43,303 nt of DNA, from NCBI GenBank assembly GCA_947501605.1, contig CANMWZ010000039.1, forward strand, positions 1 to 43,303. Reading direction: 5' to 3'. Below, one piece after another: positions 18,510 to 27,815 of this stretch. The stretch's first letter is position 1. Each line of letters opens with the position of its first letter. A program made the position numbers and the translations under genes. This stretch comes from Planctomycetota bacterium (GTDB lineage Bacteria > Planctomycetota > UBA1135 > UBA2386). The notes below the pieces were generated by a model. It saw only the letters and a program-made list of their open reading frames with translations, did not search any database and was not told where the DNA came from.

Positions 18510-19427
18510 TCAGAACAGCAGGGTGCAGGCGAGGCGCAGGCCAAGACCTTCTGGGCCGACGTCCGGGGACTCGGCCCAGTGGCGCACGCCAACAGAGAGG
18601 TTGACCTTCTGTTCGCCGATCGTCACGAGCTGCGACACCACCGCATTCATCGCGATCAACCAGTCGCTGCTAATCCAGTCGTAGGTCGATTCTGAGTTGA
18701 AGGAAAACGTCATGGCCGACTTCGTCGCGTAGGCGAGGAAGGGCTGCAGAAACGTGGCATTGACGTCGCTGCGGTTGTCATCACCGGCGAACGACCATAG
18801 GTGGTTGCCCAAGCCCCCGTAGGTCCACGGTCCATCCTGCCACAGGATGACCCCCGTCGGGCCGGCGCCCCACTTCTCGCCACCGAGCGTGGATTCGGTC
18901 GCGGTGGGAAGTAGCAGCACAGGACCGACGCCCCAGGTAGCGCCGCCCGCAGTGAGCGCCTTGGGCGAGAAAAACGCGCTCTGCTCGACGTCGCCGATGC
19001 CAAACTCGTTGCCGGTGCCGCTCGGCACGTCGTCGGTCCACGTGACCGGGAGGATGGTGCGCGAGATGAGGTTCCAGTCGGCGTTCAGCTCGAACGGCAC
19101 CACCGGCTGCACGTTGAGCAGGCTGCGATGGACGTCGTCGGCGACGCCGAAGTCGTGATCGTAGTTGTACTGAATGGGCGCGCTGATCAGGTTGGCGATG
19201 GGGTTCGCGAGCTTCATCGCCATCTCTTCGTCGCTGTTGCGTTCGGCACCGGGCGCTGGCGCCGGCGCCGGCTTCGGGTCCTGCGGCACGTCGGGTCGGA
19301 GGGTCGCCATCTGCGCACCGCCTGTATCGCCGCGCTGCTCGGTGGTGGTGCACGAGCACGCGAGGATCAGGAGGACAGTGACGAAGAGATCGGCACTTGC
19401 CCGAACGAGTGAGGAGAATGAAGTCAT
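18510..19427 (-). CDS. Putative outer-membrane beta-barrel 'transporter' family protein
   Basis: KLANPIANLISAP.Q, NVQPVVPF.L...WNLISRT, WGVGP, FLQPF; C-terminal Phe; ATGA overlap with the amidohydrolase stop. Confidence 0.75.
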   Translation of the reverse strand: MTSFSSLVRASADLFVTVLLILACSCTTTEQRGDTGGAQMATLRPDVPQDPKPAPAPAPGAERNSDEEMAMKLANPIANLISAPIQYNYDHDFGVADDVHRSLLNVQPVVPFELNADWNLISRTILPVTWTDDVPSGTGNEFGIGDVEQSAFFSPKALTAGGATWGVGPVLLLPTATESTLGGEKWGAGPTGVILWQDGPWTYGGLGNHLWSFAGDDNRSDVNATFLQPFLAYATKSAMTFSFNSESTYDWISSDWLIAMNAVVSQLVTIGEQKVNLSVGVRHWAESPDVGPEGLGLRLACTLLF

Positions 19428-21127
19428 TTCGCTTCCTTGCGGTAGATGCTGGCGCCTTCCTTGATGGTCTCGAGCACGACGATGTCTTTGATCGCCATCG
19501 GCTCGACTTCGAGCGGGTTGCGATCGAGGATGGCGAGGTCGGCGAGCTTGCCCTTCTCGAGCGAGCCCTTCTGGTCCTCTTCGCGGTACCAGTAGGCCGT
19601 GTCGAGGGTGATCGCGCGCAGGGCTTCCAGCGGCGTGATTCGCTGGTCCTTGCCGATGACCTCGCCTTCGCGCGATACGCGGTTGACCGCCGACCACACG
19701 ACGAACATCTGGTCGATGGGGGCGACGTTGAAGTCGGTGTGGTTGCTGCAGCGGATGCCGAGGTCCAAGGCCGCGCGCATCGGGCTCGAGAAGTGCGCCT
19801 GCTCGACGCCGCGGTTCTCCTCGTGCGTCGTCGCGAAGAAGTAGGTGTGCTCGGTGTAGAACGACGGGATCAGGTTCCACTCGCGGTACTTCTGCAGTTG
19901 GTCCTTCCGCACGAACTGCGAATGGATGATCCCGGTGCGGTGGTCGCCGGTGACGTCACTGCCGTAGGTCTTCTGAAAGCAGCGCAAGAACAGGTCGACG
20001 GCCGCGTCACCGTTGCAGTGGACGATCAGCGGCAGCCCCAACTGGTGCACGCGCGCGAACGCCTTGTCGATCTCGGCTTCCGGGAACGTCGGCTCGCCCT
20101 TCCAGTCTGCTTCTCCGCCCGGCCCGCCGGTCAAGTAGGGCGTGGTGAAGAACGCGGTGCGGCCCTGCGGCGAACCATCGAGCGTCACCTTGACGCCGGC
20201 GAGCTTGAGACGGTTGTCGTAGCGACCGAAGGACGCGGCTTTGTGGGTGCGAAGAATCTGCTCGAAGTCGGTGATGAACGGAAACGCGACGACGTCGAGG
20301 TAGAGCTTCTGCTGCTGTGCACCCTGCTTCAGGATGGCGATATCCGAGAGGTGCGACGCGCCTTCGTGCGCGGTGGTGATGCCGGCAGCGGCGTAGATCT
20401 GTTGCCCTTGCTCGAGGCGCACCAACAAATCCGCGGGCGAGGGCTTCGGCAGTTGCGAGAAGATCGGCAGGTAGGCCGTCTCCATCACCAGCCCCGCTGG
20501 TTCGTCGCTGCCTTCCTGGCGCAGGATCACGCCGCCCGCCGGGGTCTTGGTCGCGGCGGTGACGCCGTACTTCGCGAGCGCCGCCGAGTTGAGCACGGCG
20601 CCGTGCAGCGACACATGGCCGACGAAAACTGGGTTGTCCGGGAAGTGCGCGTCGAGGTCGGCAGCGCAAAGCTCGCGCCCGTCCTGCAACACGCTGCCGT
20701 CATAGCCGTAGGCCATGATCAGTTCGCCCTTGCCGATGGCTTGGTCTTGCTGCAGCTGCTTCAAGGTCGCGACGATGCCCGCGATCGAGTCGCCCTTGCC
20801 AAAGGGCGGTGGGTAGACGTTCGCCTGCGTCGCCACCGACAAGGAGTTGATGAAGTGGCTGTGGCCGTCGAGAAAGCCAGGCAGCATGGTCTTGCCGTCG
20901 AGGTCGACGACGACGGTCGAGGGGCCGCGGTGGCGCAGCACGTCCGCGTCGCTGCCGACCTCGACGATGCGGCCGTCGCGAGCGGCAAGCGCGGTCGCGC
21001 GCGGGTTCTGCGCGTCGATGGTGACCAGGTCGCCGCGGATCCAGATCGTGTCGGCGGCAACCGGGGCGGGTCCGGGCACGGCGCACGCGGCGAGCAGAAG
21101 GGAGATGGCCAAGACGTGGCGGAGCAT
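19424..21127 (-). CDS. Amidohydrolase family 3 (YtcJ-like) lipoprotein
   Basis: LAAC lipobox, PGFLDGHSH, K..LDGSPQGRTA, HCNGDAAVD, HTD, GSLEKGKLADL. Confidence 0.92.
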   Translation of the reverse strand: MLRHVLAISLLLAACAVPGPAPVAADTIWIRGDLVTIDAQNPRATALAARDGRIVEVGSDADVLRHRGPSTVVVDLDGKTMLPGFLDGHSHFINSLSVATQANVYPPPFGKGDSIAGIVATLKQLQQDQAIGKGELIMAYGYDGSVLQDGRELCAADLDAHFPDNPVFVGHVSLHGAVLNSAALAKYGVTAATKTPAGGVILRQEGSDEPAGLVMETAYLPIFSQLPKPSPADLLVRLEQGQQIYAAAGITTAHEGASHLSDIAILKQGAQQQKLYLDVVAFPFITDFEQILRTHKAASFGRYDNRLKLAGVKVTLDGSPQGRTAFFTTPYLTGGPGGEADWKGEPTFPEAEIDKAFARVHQLGLPLIVHCNGDAAVDLFLRCFQKTYGSDVTGDHRTGIIHSQFVRKDQLQKYREWNLIPSFYTEHTYFFATTHEENRGVEQAHFSSPMRAALDLGIRCSNHTDFNVAPIDQMFVVWSAVNRVSREGEVIGKDQRITPLEALRAITLDTAYWYREEDQKGSLEKGKLADLAILDRNPLEVEPMAIKDIVVLETIKEGASIYRKEAK

Positions 21128-21170
21128 GCGGTCCTTCTACCGGCTACGGCGCGCTGCTGCAGCAGCGGCT

Positions 21171-22526
21171 TCACTTCGTCTTGTGCGGGATCGTGTGCAG
21201 TCCGGTGCCGAGCAGCAGGGTCACCGCGACCAACAGCGCGCCGACGAAGAACGGCACGTCGATGCCGAGATGGTCGAAGGCCCAGCCGTAGAACAACGGG
21301 GCGGCAATGCGGGCGATGCCGCCGTAGGTCTGCTGCAGCCCCATGTAGAGCCCGCGGTCCTGCGGTGCGATCACACGCGACAGCAGCGACGTGACGCACG
21401 GAAACGTGAACGCCGTGCCGAGCGGCAGCATCGCGACTGCCAAGGCCAGCGTGCCGAGTCCGGTTGCGAATGGCACTGCGAGCACGCCGCACGCCAGCAT
21501 CACGATGCCGATGCGCGACAGCCGCGCCTCGCCGAGCTTGTCGACCATGCGGCCGAGCAGCAGCACGCGCGCGAATACCGAGATCGCGCCGATGTACATG
21601 TAGAAGTAGCCGATGGTCTTCTCGGTGATCTGGAAGCGGGCGTTCAAGAACAAAGCCAGCACCGCGGTGATGCCCTGGAAGGCGCCGATCGCGATCGCGT
21701 AGATCAGAATCAGCCGCGACGACGGCAGCGAGATGCGCGCGACCACGTCGAGCATGGCACCGCGCGCGCTGGTGCGCGGCCGGTCGGACTTCGCCGTCTC
21801 GGCGTTCGACTCTTTCAGGTAGCGGGCAGCAAAGCCCATGTTGATAAGGCAGAGCAGCGCAGCGATGACGCCTGGAGCGGCGCTGCCCATTCGCACGGCC
21901 GACTCGCCCGGCATCAGGTCGATCGTGCCGAGGTCGAGCGCGTAGCTGCCGACCACCGGGCCCAACGCGACCCCGAGGTTGGTTGCTGCCGACAGCCAGC
22001 CGAGTGCGCGGGCGCGCTGATCGGGCGCCATCGTGTCGGCGACGTAGGCTTGGATGACGCCGACCGTGCCACCGCCAGCGCCCTGCACGAGGCGCGACAG
22101 GATCAGGAGCCAGAGCGAGTCAGCGAAGCCGAACACCAGGTAGGCAACGGCCGAAGCGAATAGCGCGATGACCAGCGCTGGCCTGCGCCCGTGGCGATCG
22201 GAGAATCGGCCCCAGAGCGGCGAACTGACCAGCTGGGCCGCCGTGAACGTCGACACCACGATGCCGGAGAGCACGCCGATGCCGAGCACGGTCCCGAAGA
22301 CCTGCACGCCGTCGCCGGTGAGGTTCTTCACGTAGAACGGCAGCAGCGGCACGATCATCAACAGCCCGACCATGTCGAGGAAGGCGCTGGCCATGAGCAC
22401 CAACAGGGCCTTCGGGATGCGGCGCACTTCGCGCAGAAGCACGAGCACCAGCAGAAGGCCGATGACTCCCAACACGGTCTTCGCCAGTGGCGAGGCCAAT
22501 GCTGCGGTGATGTCGTGCTGCGGCAT
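21171..22526 (-). CDS. MFS transporter, TetA/DHA1-like
   Basis: FLD.VG...I.P.LPFY, motif A GRFSDRHGRRP, SR.VQG.GGG, AYVAD; multiple TM helices. Confidence 0.9.
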   Translation of the reverse strand: MPQHDITAALASPLAKTVLGVIGLLLVLVLLREVRRIPKALLVLMASAFLDMVGLLMIVPLLPFYVKNLTGDGVQVFGTVLGIGVLSGIVVSTFTAAQLVSSPLWGRFSDRHGRRPALVIALFASAVAYLVFGFADSLWLLILSRLVQGAGGGTVGVIQAYVADTMAPDQRARALGWLSAATNLGVALGPVVGSYALDLGTIDLMPGESAVRMGSAAPGVIAALLCLINMGFAARYLKESNAETAKSDRPRTSARGAMLDVVARISLPSSRLILIYAIAIGAFQGITAVLALFLNARFQITEKTIGYFYMYIGAISVFARVLLLGRMVDKLGEARLSRIGIVMLACGVLAVPFATGLGTLALAVAMLPLGTAFTFPCVTSLLSRVIAPQDRGLYMGLQQTYGGIARIAAPLFYGWAFDHLGIDVPFFVGALLVAVTLLLGTGLHTIPHKTK

Positions 22527-22555
22527 GCGGGCGTCGTGGAGCGCGGTCGCGAGGG

Positions 22556-24169
22556 TCAGCGGAGTTTCTCGAACTCGTCGCCCTTGGCCCATTGCGGTGC
22601 TGCTTCGGCGCAGGTCCGCAACAGACAGGCGAGGATGAACTGCAGGTCCTCGGTAGCGCCGTCCAGGTACCACCGGCTCGAGAACTCGTCGCTCGGTTGG
22701 TGGTAGTCGGTCGCGGTGTAGCTTGCCTTGACGCGGCCGCGATCCACCTCGCGGTCCAAGAACGCACTGCCGGCCTTGAAGTAGGCAGCGGGCACGCCGA
22801 TGCGCGCGAAGTTGAAATGGTCGCTGCGATAAAACAGCCCGAGGTCGGGATTCGAGTCGGGTTTGACCGTTCGAGAGCGTTCGCGGGCGACGGCCTCGGC
22901 GGTTTCCGTGAGTGTGTTCTTGCCGTGGCCGATGAACTCGATGTCGCGCGTGCGGCCCCAGATGGCGAGGCCGTCGACGTTGTAGTTGGCGATGACCTGC
23001 TTGCGATCGCACGGCAGGTGCTGCGCCAACCACTCCGAACCGAGCAGACCAGACTCCTCGGCGGTCACGGCCGCAAACAGGATGGAGCGAGCGGGCCTCG
23101 GGTTCATCGCAGCGCAGGCGCGGGCCATCGCCAGGAGGCCGGCTACGCCAGTGGCATTGTCGAGGGCCCCGTTGTAGATCGCATCGCCGCGCTTTGGCGC
23201 CCCGATGCCGAGGTGGTCGAAGTGGGCGGTGACGACGACGACCTCCGAGCGCAGTGCGGGATCACTGCCGGGCAGGAGGCCGAGCACGTTGCCGGACTTG
23301 AGTTCGCGTTTCGTGTTCTGCAGTTGGAGCGACACCGTCACGCCGAGCGGCACTGGTGCGAACGCGCGCGTCTCGGCCGCGGCGCGCAGCGCGTCGAGGT
23401 CGAAGCCGCCAACTTCGCACAGGCGGCGAGCGGCGTCTTCACTGCACCACGAGCGCACCGGCACGACTGGCTCCTTCGGGTCGAACGGCAACCAGTAGTT
23501 CTCGCGGCCGTGGTTCGCCTGGGTGACTTGGAACGGGTAGCCGGCTGACTTCGGGGTGTGGATCACGATCACCCCGGCCGCCCCGCGCCGCGCCGCCTCC
23601 TCGTACTTGTAGCTCCAGCGCCCGTAGTACAGACGGGTCGTGCCGGCGAACAGGGACGGGTCGCTCGACGGATCATTGTTCATCACGAGCAGGACCTTGC
23701 CGCGGAGGTCATGACCCTTGAAGTCGTCCCACTGCTGCTCTTTGGCGTCGATGCCGTAGCCGACGAACACCAGCTCGGCATCGTTCCACGCGGCAGTTGG
23801 GTTCAGGTCGCCGGCGACGGCGGTGTAGTCGGTCGGGGCGTCGAAGGTGGCCTCCTTGCCTTTGCCTTTGGCGCGCAAGGTCGCTTCGACCTTGGCCGTG
23901 ATGCCGAGGATCGGCACGGATTGGTCGTAGCTGTTGGCGTCGCCACTCGGCTGCAGCGCGAGCCGCTCGAACTCGCTGGCGATGTAGGCGCGCGCCAGGT
24001 CGTCGCCGCGCGTGCCGACGCCGCGGCCTTCGAACAGGTCGCTCGACAGGAATCGGATGGTCGACTGCAACTCGGCAGCGGTGACAGTCGGCGCCGCCGG
24101 GCTGGGCGTGTGGCACGCCGCGGTGAGCAGCGCCGCCAGTGCAAGCGCGGACGGGGACAGGCTTCGCAT
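22556..24169 (-). CDS. M28 family metallopeptidase with PA domain, lipoprotein
   Basis: SDLFEGRG.GT, YYGRWSYKYEEAAR, AHFDHLG, NGALDNATG, TAEESGLLGS, RSDHF.FA, YHQPSDE. Confidence 0.93.
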   Translation of the reverse strand: MRSLSPSALALAALLTAACHTPSPAAPTVTAAELQSTIRFLSSDLFEGRGVGTRGDDLARAYIASEFERLALQPSGDANSYDQSVPILGITAKVEATLRAKGKGKEATFDAPTDYTAVAGDLNPTAAWNDAELVFVGYGIDAKEQQWDDFKGHDLRGKVLLVMNNDPSSDPSLFAGTTRLYYGRWSYKYEEAARRGAAGVIVIHTPKSAGYPFQVTQANHGRENYWLPFDPKEPVVPVRSWCSEDAARRLCEVGGFDLDALRAAAETRAFAPVPLGVTVSLQLQNTKRELKSGNVLGLLPGSDPALRSEVVVVTAHFDHLGIGAPKRGDAIYNGALDNATGVAGLLAMARACAAMNPRPARSILFAAVTAEESGLLGSEWLAQHLPCDRKQVIANYNVDGLAIWGRTRDIEFIGHGKNTLTETAEAVARERSRTVKPDSNPDLGLFYRSDHFNFARIGVPAAYFKAGSAFLDREVDRGRVKASYTATDYHQPSDEFSSRWYLDGATEDLQFILACLLRTCAEAAPQWAKGDEFEKLR

Positions 24170-24182
24170 GATCGTGTGGCCT

Positions 24183-24899
24183 TCACTTCGCAGGGGCAGG
24201 GGACAGCAAAAAGGAGAGATCGGAACCGGGGTCGAGTTCGCGCGGCGCCTCGCCGCGGCAGAACAGGCGCGCCGTGGTCGAGCCGCACAGTCGCATGGCT
24301 GCGCCGCGGACATCGAGCCAGCCGCCTTCGCGCAGACCGAGGACCGGAGTGTCGTGCTCTTCGTGGAACTGGCGCAGACGTTCTTCGCGCGTCTCGCCCA
24401 TGTGCGTGCTGCGTGGATCGGCGTCGAGGTAGTGCGGGTTGATCTGGAACGGCACGAGTCCGAGGGCGGTGAACGTCCTCGGTTCGACGATCGGCATGTC
24501 GTTGGTGGTACGGATCGACAGCGTCGCGACGTTGGTGCCAGCACTGCTGCCGACGTAAGGCATACCCTTGTTGGCGCGCGCGGCGATCGCGGCTGCGGCG
24601 CCGGTGGTGTGCAACCGATCGAGCAGGCGGAAGGTGTTGCCGCCGCCCACGAACACCGCGTCAGCTCTCCCGATCGCGGCGAGCGCGTGGTCCTCGCGGT
24701 GGATCGACTGCAAGCGGATGCCGAGTTCGGCGAAGGCCGCCGCGGCCTTGTCGGCGTAGGCCTCGTGGTCTTGCAGTGCCCAGGGCACGAACAGGATCGA
24801 CCGGCAGCCATGCAGGTGATCCTTCAACGCCTCTCGCACGTGCTCGAGGTAGGTGCGGCCGTGCATCGTCGAATTGGAGATGAGGAGCAGGCGGCGCAT
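24183..24899 (-). CDS. pepE: Dipeptidase PepE (alpha-aspartyl dipeptidase, S51)
   Basis: LLLISNST, FVGGGNTF.LL, G.SAG.N, IRTTNDMPIV.P, PFQINPHY, H.GETREERL.QF. Confidence 0.95.
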   Translation of the reverse strand: MRRLLLISNSTMHGRTYLEHVREALKDHLHGCRSILFVPWALQDHEAYADKAAAAFAELGIRLQSIHREDHALAAIGRADAVFVGGGNTFRLLDRLHTTGAAAAIAARANKGMPYVGSSAGTNVATLSIRTTNDMPIVEPRTFTALGLVPFQINPHYLDADPRSTHMGETREERLRQFHEEHDTPVLGLREGGWLDVRGAAMRLCGSTTARLFCRGEAPRELDPGSDLSFLLSPAPAK

Positions 24900-24967
24900 G
24901 GGCGCAGCACAGTAGGCCGCGCCGCGAGGAGCGTCCATGCACGCGAGTGCGAACGCGTGTTCGCGGC

Positions 24968-26977
24968 TCAGCCGTCGAGGCGAGCCGCCAACCCGGCCTT
25001 GCCGAGTTCGTTCAACTCGCGCTGCACGCGGCGAAGGATCGCTTCGGGGGTGCGCTGCAGGCCGTCCTTGTCGCTCATGCTCAGAGGTCGCAGCTGCTTC
25101 GCGGTCACGAGGTGCCTTACTGCTGCTTCGTGGTCTTTGGACGCGTGGAGGATCAGGGCCGCGCCAGCGTGCGCGAGCACGGCGAAGTGGTCGGCCGAGT
25201 CCTTGAAGTCGGCGCTGCCACGCGCACTCGCCGCGAAGCTCGCGATCGCGAGGTCGTAGGCGGCGAGCGCGCTTAGGGGCTCCTTGTCGGTCACGTAGAG
25301 TTCGGCACAGACCAGCGCCGCGTAGCCGCTGAACCATTCTGCTACCGGAACGTCGCTGGCCGCAGCCGTGAGCGCGCGGTAGCGATCGAGCAGCGCGTAC
25401 GCCCCGCGATCGACCAGCATGCGATTGCGGAAGGCCTCGTGCACGACGTTGGCGGACGGGAAGCGTGCGAGGGCGTCCGCGAGACACGCCTGCGCCTCGC
25501 GGCGAAGGCCGAGGAACGACAGTCGGTTGGCGCCGTCGACGAAGTCCTGGTCGGTGGCCAGCGGATGGCGCAGCAACGCGCAGGCGGCGAACGCAGCGTG
25601 CTGCAGCGCGGTCACGAGCGTTTCGGGTGGCGGCGTCGGCTCGGCGACGGCAACCTGCATGCACCCAGCACTGAGCGCGCGCAGCAGTTCTTGGCCGAGG
25701 CGGTCGGAGAGCTTCGTGGTGTTGGCGCTGGCGAGGGCCGCGGCCGCCATGGCGTCGGTCGGCAGCTTGGCCGCGTCACCGAGGCGAAAGCTGACGATGG
25801 CGCGCACCGCCGCTGCCGCGAGCGCGTCGCTGCCGTCCGTAGTCGCGACTTGGTCGGCCGCGCGTCGCGCGTCCTCCAGTAGCAATGCTCCGGTCGTGCC
25901 CGGCGACGACAGCAGCAACAGCCCGAGCGCCAGGTTGGCGCGCGCCACGCGCAGGTTGGCAGCGGGGTCCTCGGGTGCCTTCTTGCGCGCCGCGAGTGCC
26001 TCGTCGAGTTCGCCTTCGACGACGTCGCGCTCGCTGCTCGCGAGCGGGTCGCTCTCGGCATTTGCGACTGCCGCGAACGTCACGTCCTTCGCTCGCAGCG
26101 CCCCGGTGCGGCCGGCCTCGCGGCAGGTGACCAGGAGTTCGAGAGTCTTGTCGCCCTCGGCGATGCGCGCCAGCGTGCCTTCGAGCGAGTTGGTCACGCC
26201 GTCGTCGTCGCACCGAGCAATCGCATCCTGGAGATCGATCGCACACTCCGGGATCGCGATGGCAGCGAGTGCGATCGCACCTTTGCGGAAGGTCGCGGCA
26301 TCGTCTTCGCGCAGCGCCATGCGCAGCACGTCGATCGGGAAGTTGCCGGCGAGGGCGCAGCGATCGAGCAGGTGGCGGCGGCCCTGGGCGTCGGCCGTGC
26401 GGTAGATGCGTTCGAGTTCGTTGCGACTCCGCTGGTCGCTGCTGTGCAGCAACTGGTCGACGTCGATCGCGGGCGGGTCGACCTCGACTTTGCCCTTGTG
26501 CTTCTGCACGTCGTCGATCGCGTCCTGCATCGAACGATCGAGGAAGTGGTCGAACAGCACGGCGCCCTGTTGGTCGACGCCGACATGGCGCGGCGCGTAG
26601 CGCTGTTCCTTGAACCAGCGGGCATAGAGCATCGGCTCGACGTTCACGTGCTCACTGCAGGTGACGCCGGGGAAGCGCGGGCACTCGATGCGCCGACCCA
26701 TACTGTCGTAGTCGCGGGGATTGTGGTGGACCGGCGATGCGACGAGGCAGACGTAGCCTTCGGTCAGCTTCACGAACGACGGGTCGAGATAGGTCTCGGT
26801 GGCAAAGCGCTCGCAGAACGGCTCGCCGTCGTCGTTGACGCAGATGAGGATCGGCTTGCCGTTCGCCAGTTGCACGTTCAGCGCGTCGGCGAGCGAGCGT
26901 TGCCACTCGATGCGCGGAGCGGGCGTGGGATCTTGCGGAAACGCTAGGAAGGCGAGGGTGAGAAGCCAGGTCGACAT
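24968..26977 (-). CDS. Exported protein with an N-terminal thioredoxin-like domain and a C-terminal alpha-helical (HEAT/TPR-like) region
   Basis: Signal peptide; IEWQRSLADAL...GKPILICVN.DGEPFCE; CPRFPGVTC.EH; Ala-rich helical C-terminus. Confidence 0.65.
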   Translation of the reverse strand: MSTWLLTLAFLAFPQDPTPAPRIEWQRSLADALNVQLANGKPILICVNDDGEPFCERFATETYLDPSFVKLTEGYVCLVASPVHHNPRDYDSMGRRIECPRFPGVTCSEHVNVEPMLYARWFKEQRYAPRHVGVDQQGAVLFDHFLDRSMQDAIDDVQKHKGKVEVDPPAIDVDQLLHSSDQRSRNELERIYRTADAQGRRHLLDRCALAGNFPIDVLRMALREDDAATFRKGAIALAAIAIPECAIDLQDAIARCDDDGVTNSLEGTLARIAEGDKTLELLVTCREAGRTGALRAKDVTFAAVANAESDPLASSERDVVEGELDEALAARKKAPEDPAANLRVARANLALGLLLLSSPGTTGALLLEDARRAADQVATTDGSDALAAAAVRAIVSFRLGDAAKLPTDAMAAAALASANTTKLSDRLGQELLRALSAGCMQVAVAEPTPPPETLVTALQHAAFAACALLRHPLATDQDFVDGANRLSFLGLRREAQACLADALARFPSANVVHEAFRNRMLVDRGAYALLDRYRALTAAASDVPVAEWFSGYAALVCAELYVTDKEPLSALAAYDLAIASFAASARGSADFKDSADHFAVLAHAGAALILHASKDHEAAVRHLVTAKQLRPLSMSDKDGLQRTPEAILRRVQRELNELGKAGLAARLDG

Positions 26978-27046
26978 GGCGGCGAACAGTCTAGGCATGG
27001 AGGGGCTGCATTGCGCGTGACGGCCCTGCGGCTACAAGGCTCCGTC

Positions 27047-27694
27047 GTGAACGCCCCTTCCTTGCGCGGCTATCTGCCGGTCTACGCTGCCGCTGCTGAG
27101 GGCGACGCGTTGCTGAAGCACGGCGCCGTGCAGCTCGGCGTCGGCAAGGTCGCGGCGGCGGTGAGCCTGTGCCAGCGGCTCGCGAAGGCACGGCCGGCGG
27201 GGGTGCTGCTGTTCGGCGTCGCGGGGGCGTATCCGGCGCGGCATCGGTCGAACTCGAAGTTGCAGGTCGGCGAGGTGGTGGTGGTCGAACGCGACGGCTT
27301 CGGCGACGAAGGGGTCGGCGTGGCGGACGGGTTCTTGTCCATGTCGGCGCTGTCGCTGGGACCGAGGGATCGTGTCGCGATGGGTCCGTTCGGGCTCGAT
27401 GCGCTGGCGAGTCGCACCGCTGTGCGGGTGCTCGAAGTCGAGGTGGTGTCTGCGACCACCGTCAGCACTTGCAGTGGGTCCGAGGCGCTGTCGGCGGCCT
27501 TGGCAATGCGGACCGAGGCGGCGATCGAGACGATGGAAGGTGCCGCGGTGGCGTACGTGTGCGCCATGCTCTCGGTGCCGCTGCTTCATGTGCGCGCGAT
27601 CAGCAACTACTGCGGTGAACGTTCGCGCGGCGAATGGGACCTGCGGCGCGCGTGTGCGGCGGTGCAGGACGCGGTGCTGCGGTTGCTGGGGTGA
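27047..27694 (+). CDS. mqnB: Futalosine hydrolase
   Basis: GVGKVAAA, FGVAGAY, DEG...GF, TVSTCSG, ETMEGAAVA, RAISNY.G.R....WDL; start uncertain. Confidence 0.88.
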   Translation: MNAPSLRGYLPVYAAAAEGDALLKHGAVQLGVGKVAAAVSLCQRLAKARPAGVLLFGVAGAYPARHRSNSKLQVGEVVVVERDGFGDEGVGVADGFLSMSALSLGPRDRVAMGPFGLDALASRTAVRVLEVEVVSATTVSTCSGSEALSAALAMRTEAAIETMEGAAVAYVCAMLSVPLLHVRAISNYCGERSRGEWDLRRACAAVQDAVLRLLG

Positions 27695-27815
27695 TCGTTC
27701 TTGGTCGCGGCGAGAACGGCACGCTGGTCGGCGTAGTGCGGCTTACACTCTGCTGCCGATGGTTGGCCCGGCCCTTGCTCGGGAACGGCGCTTCGAAGCC
27801 GACCATCTCCCTGAC

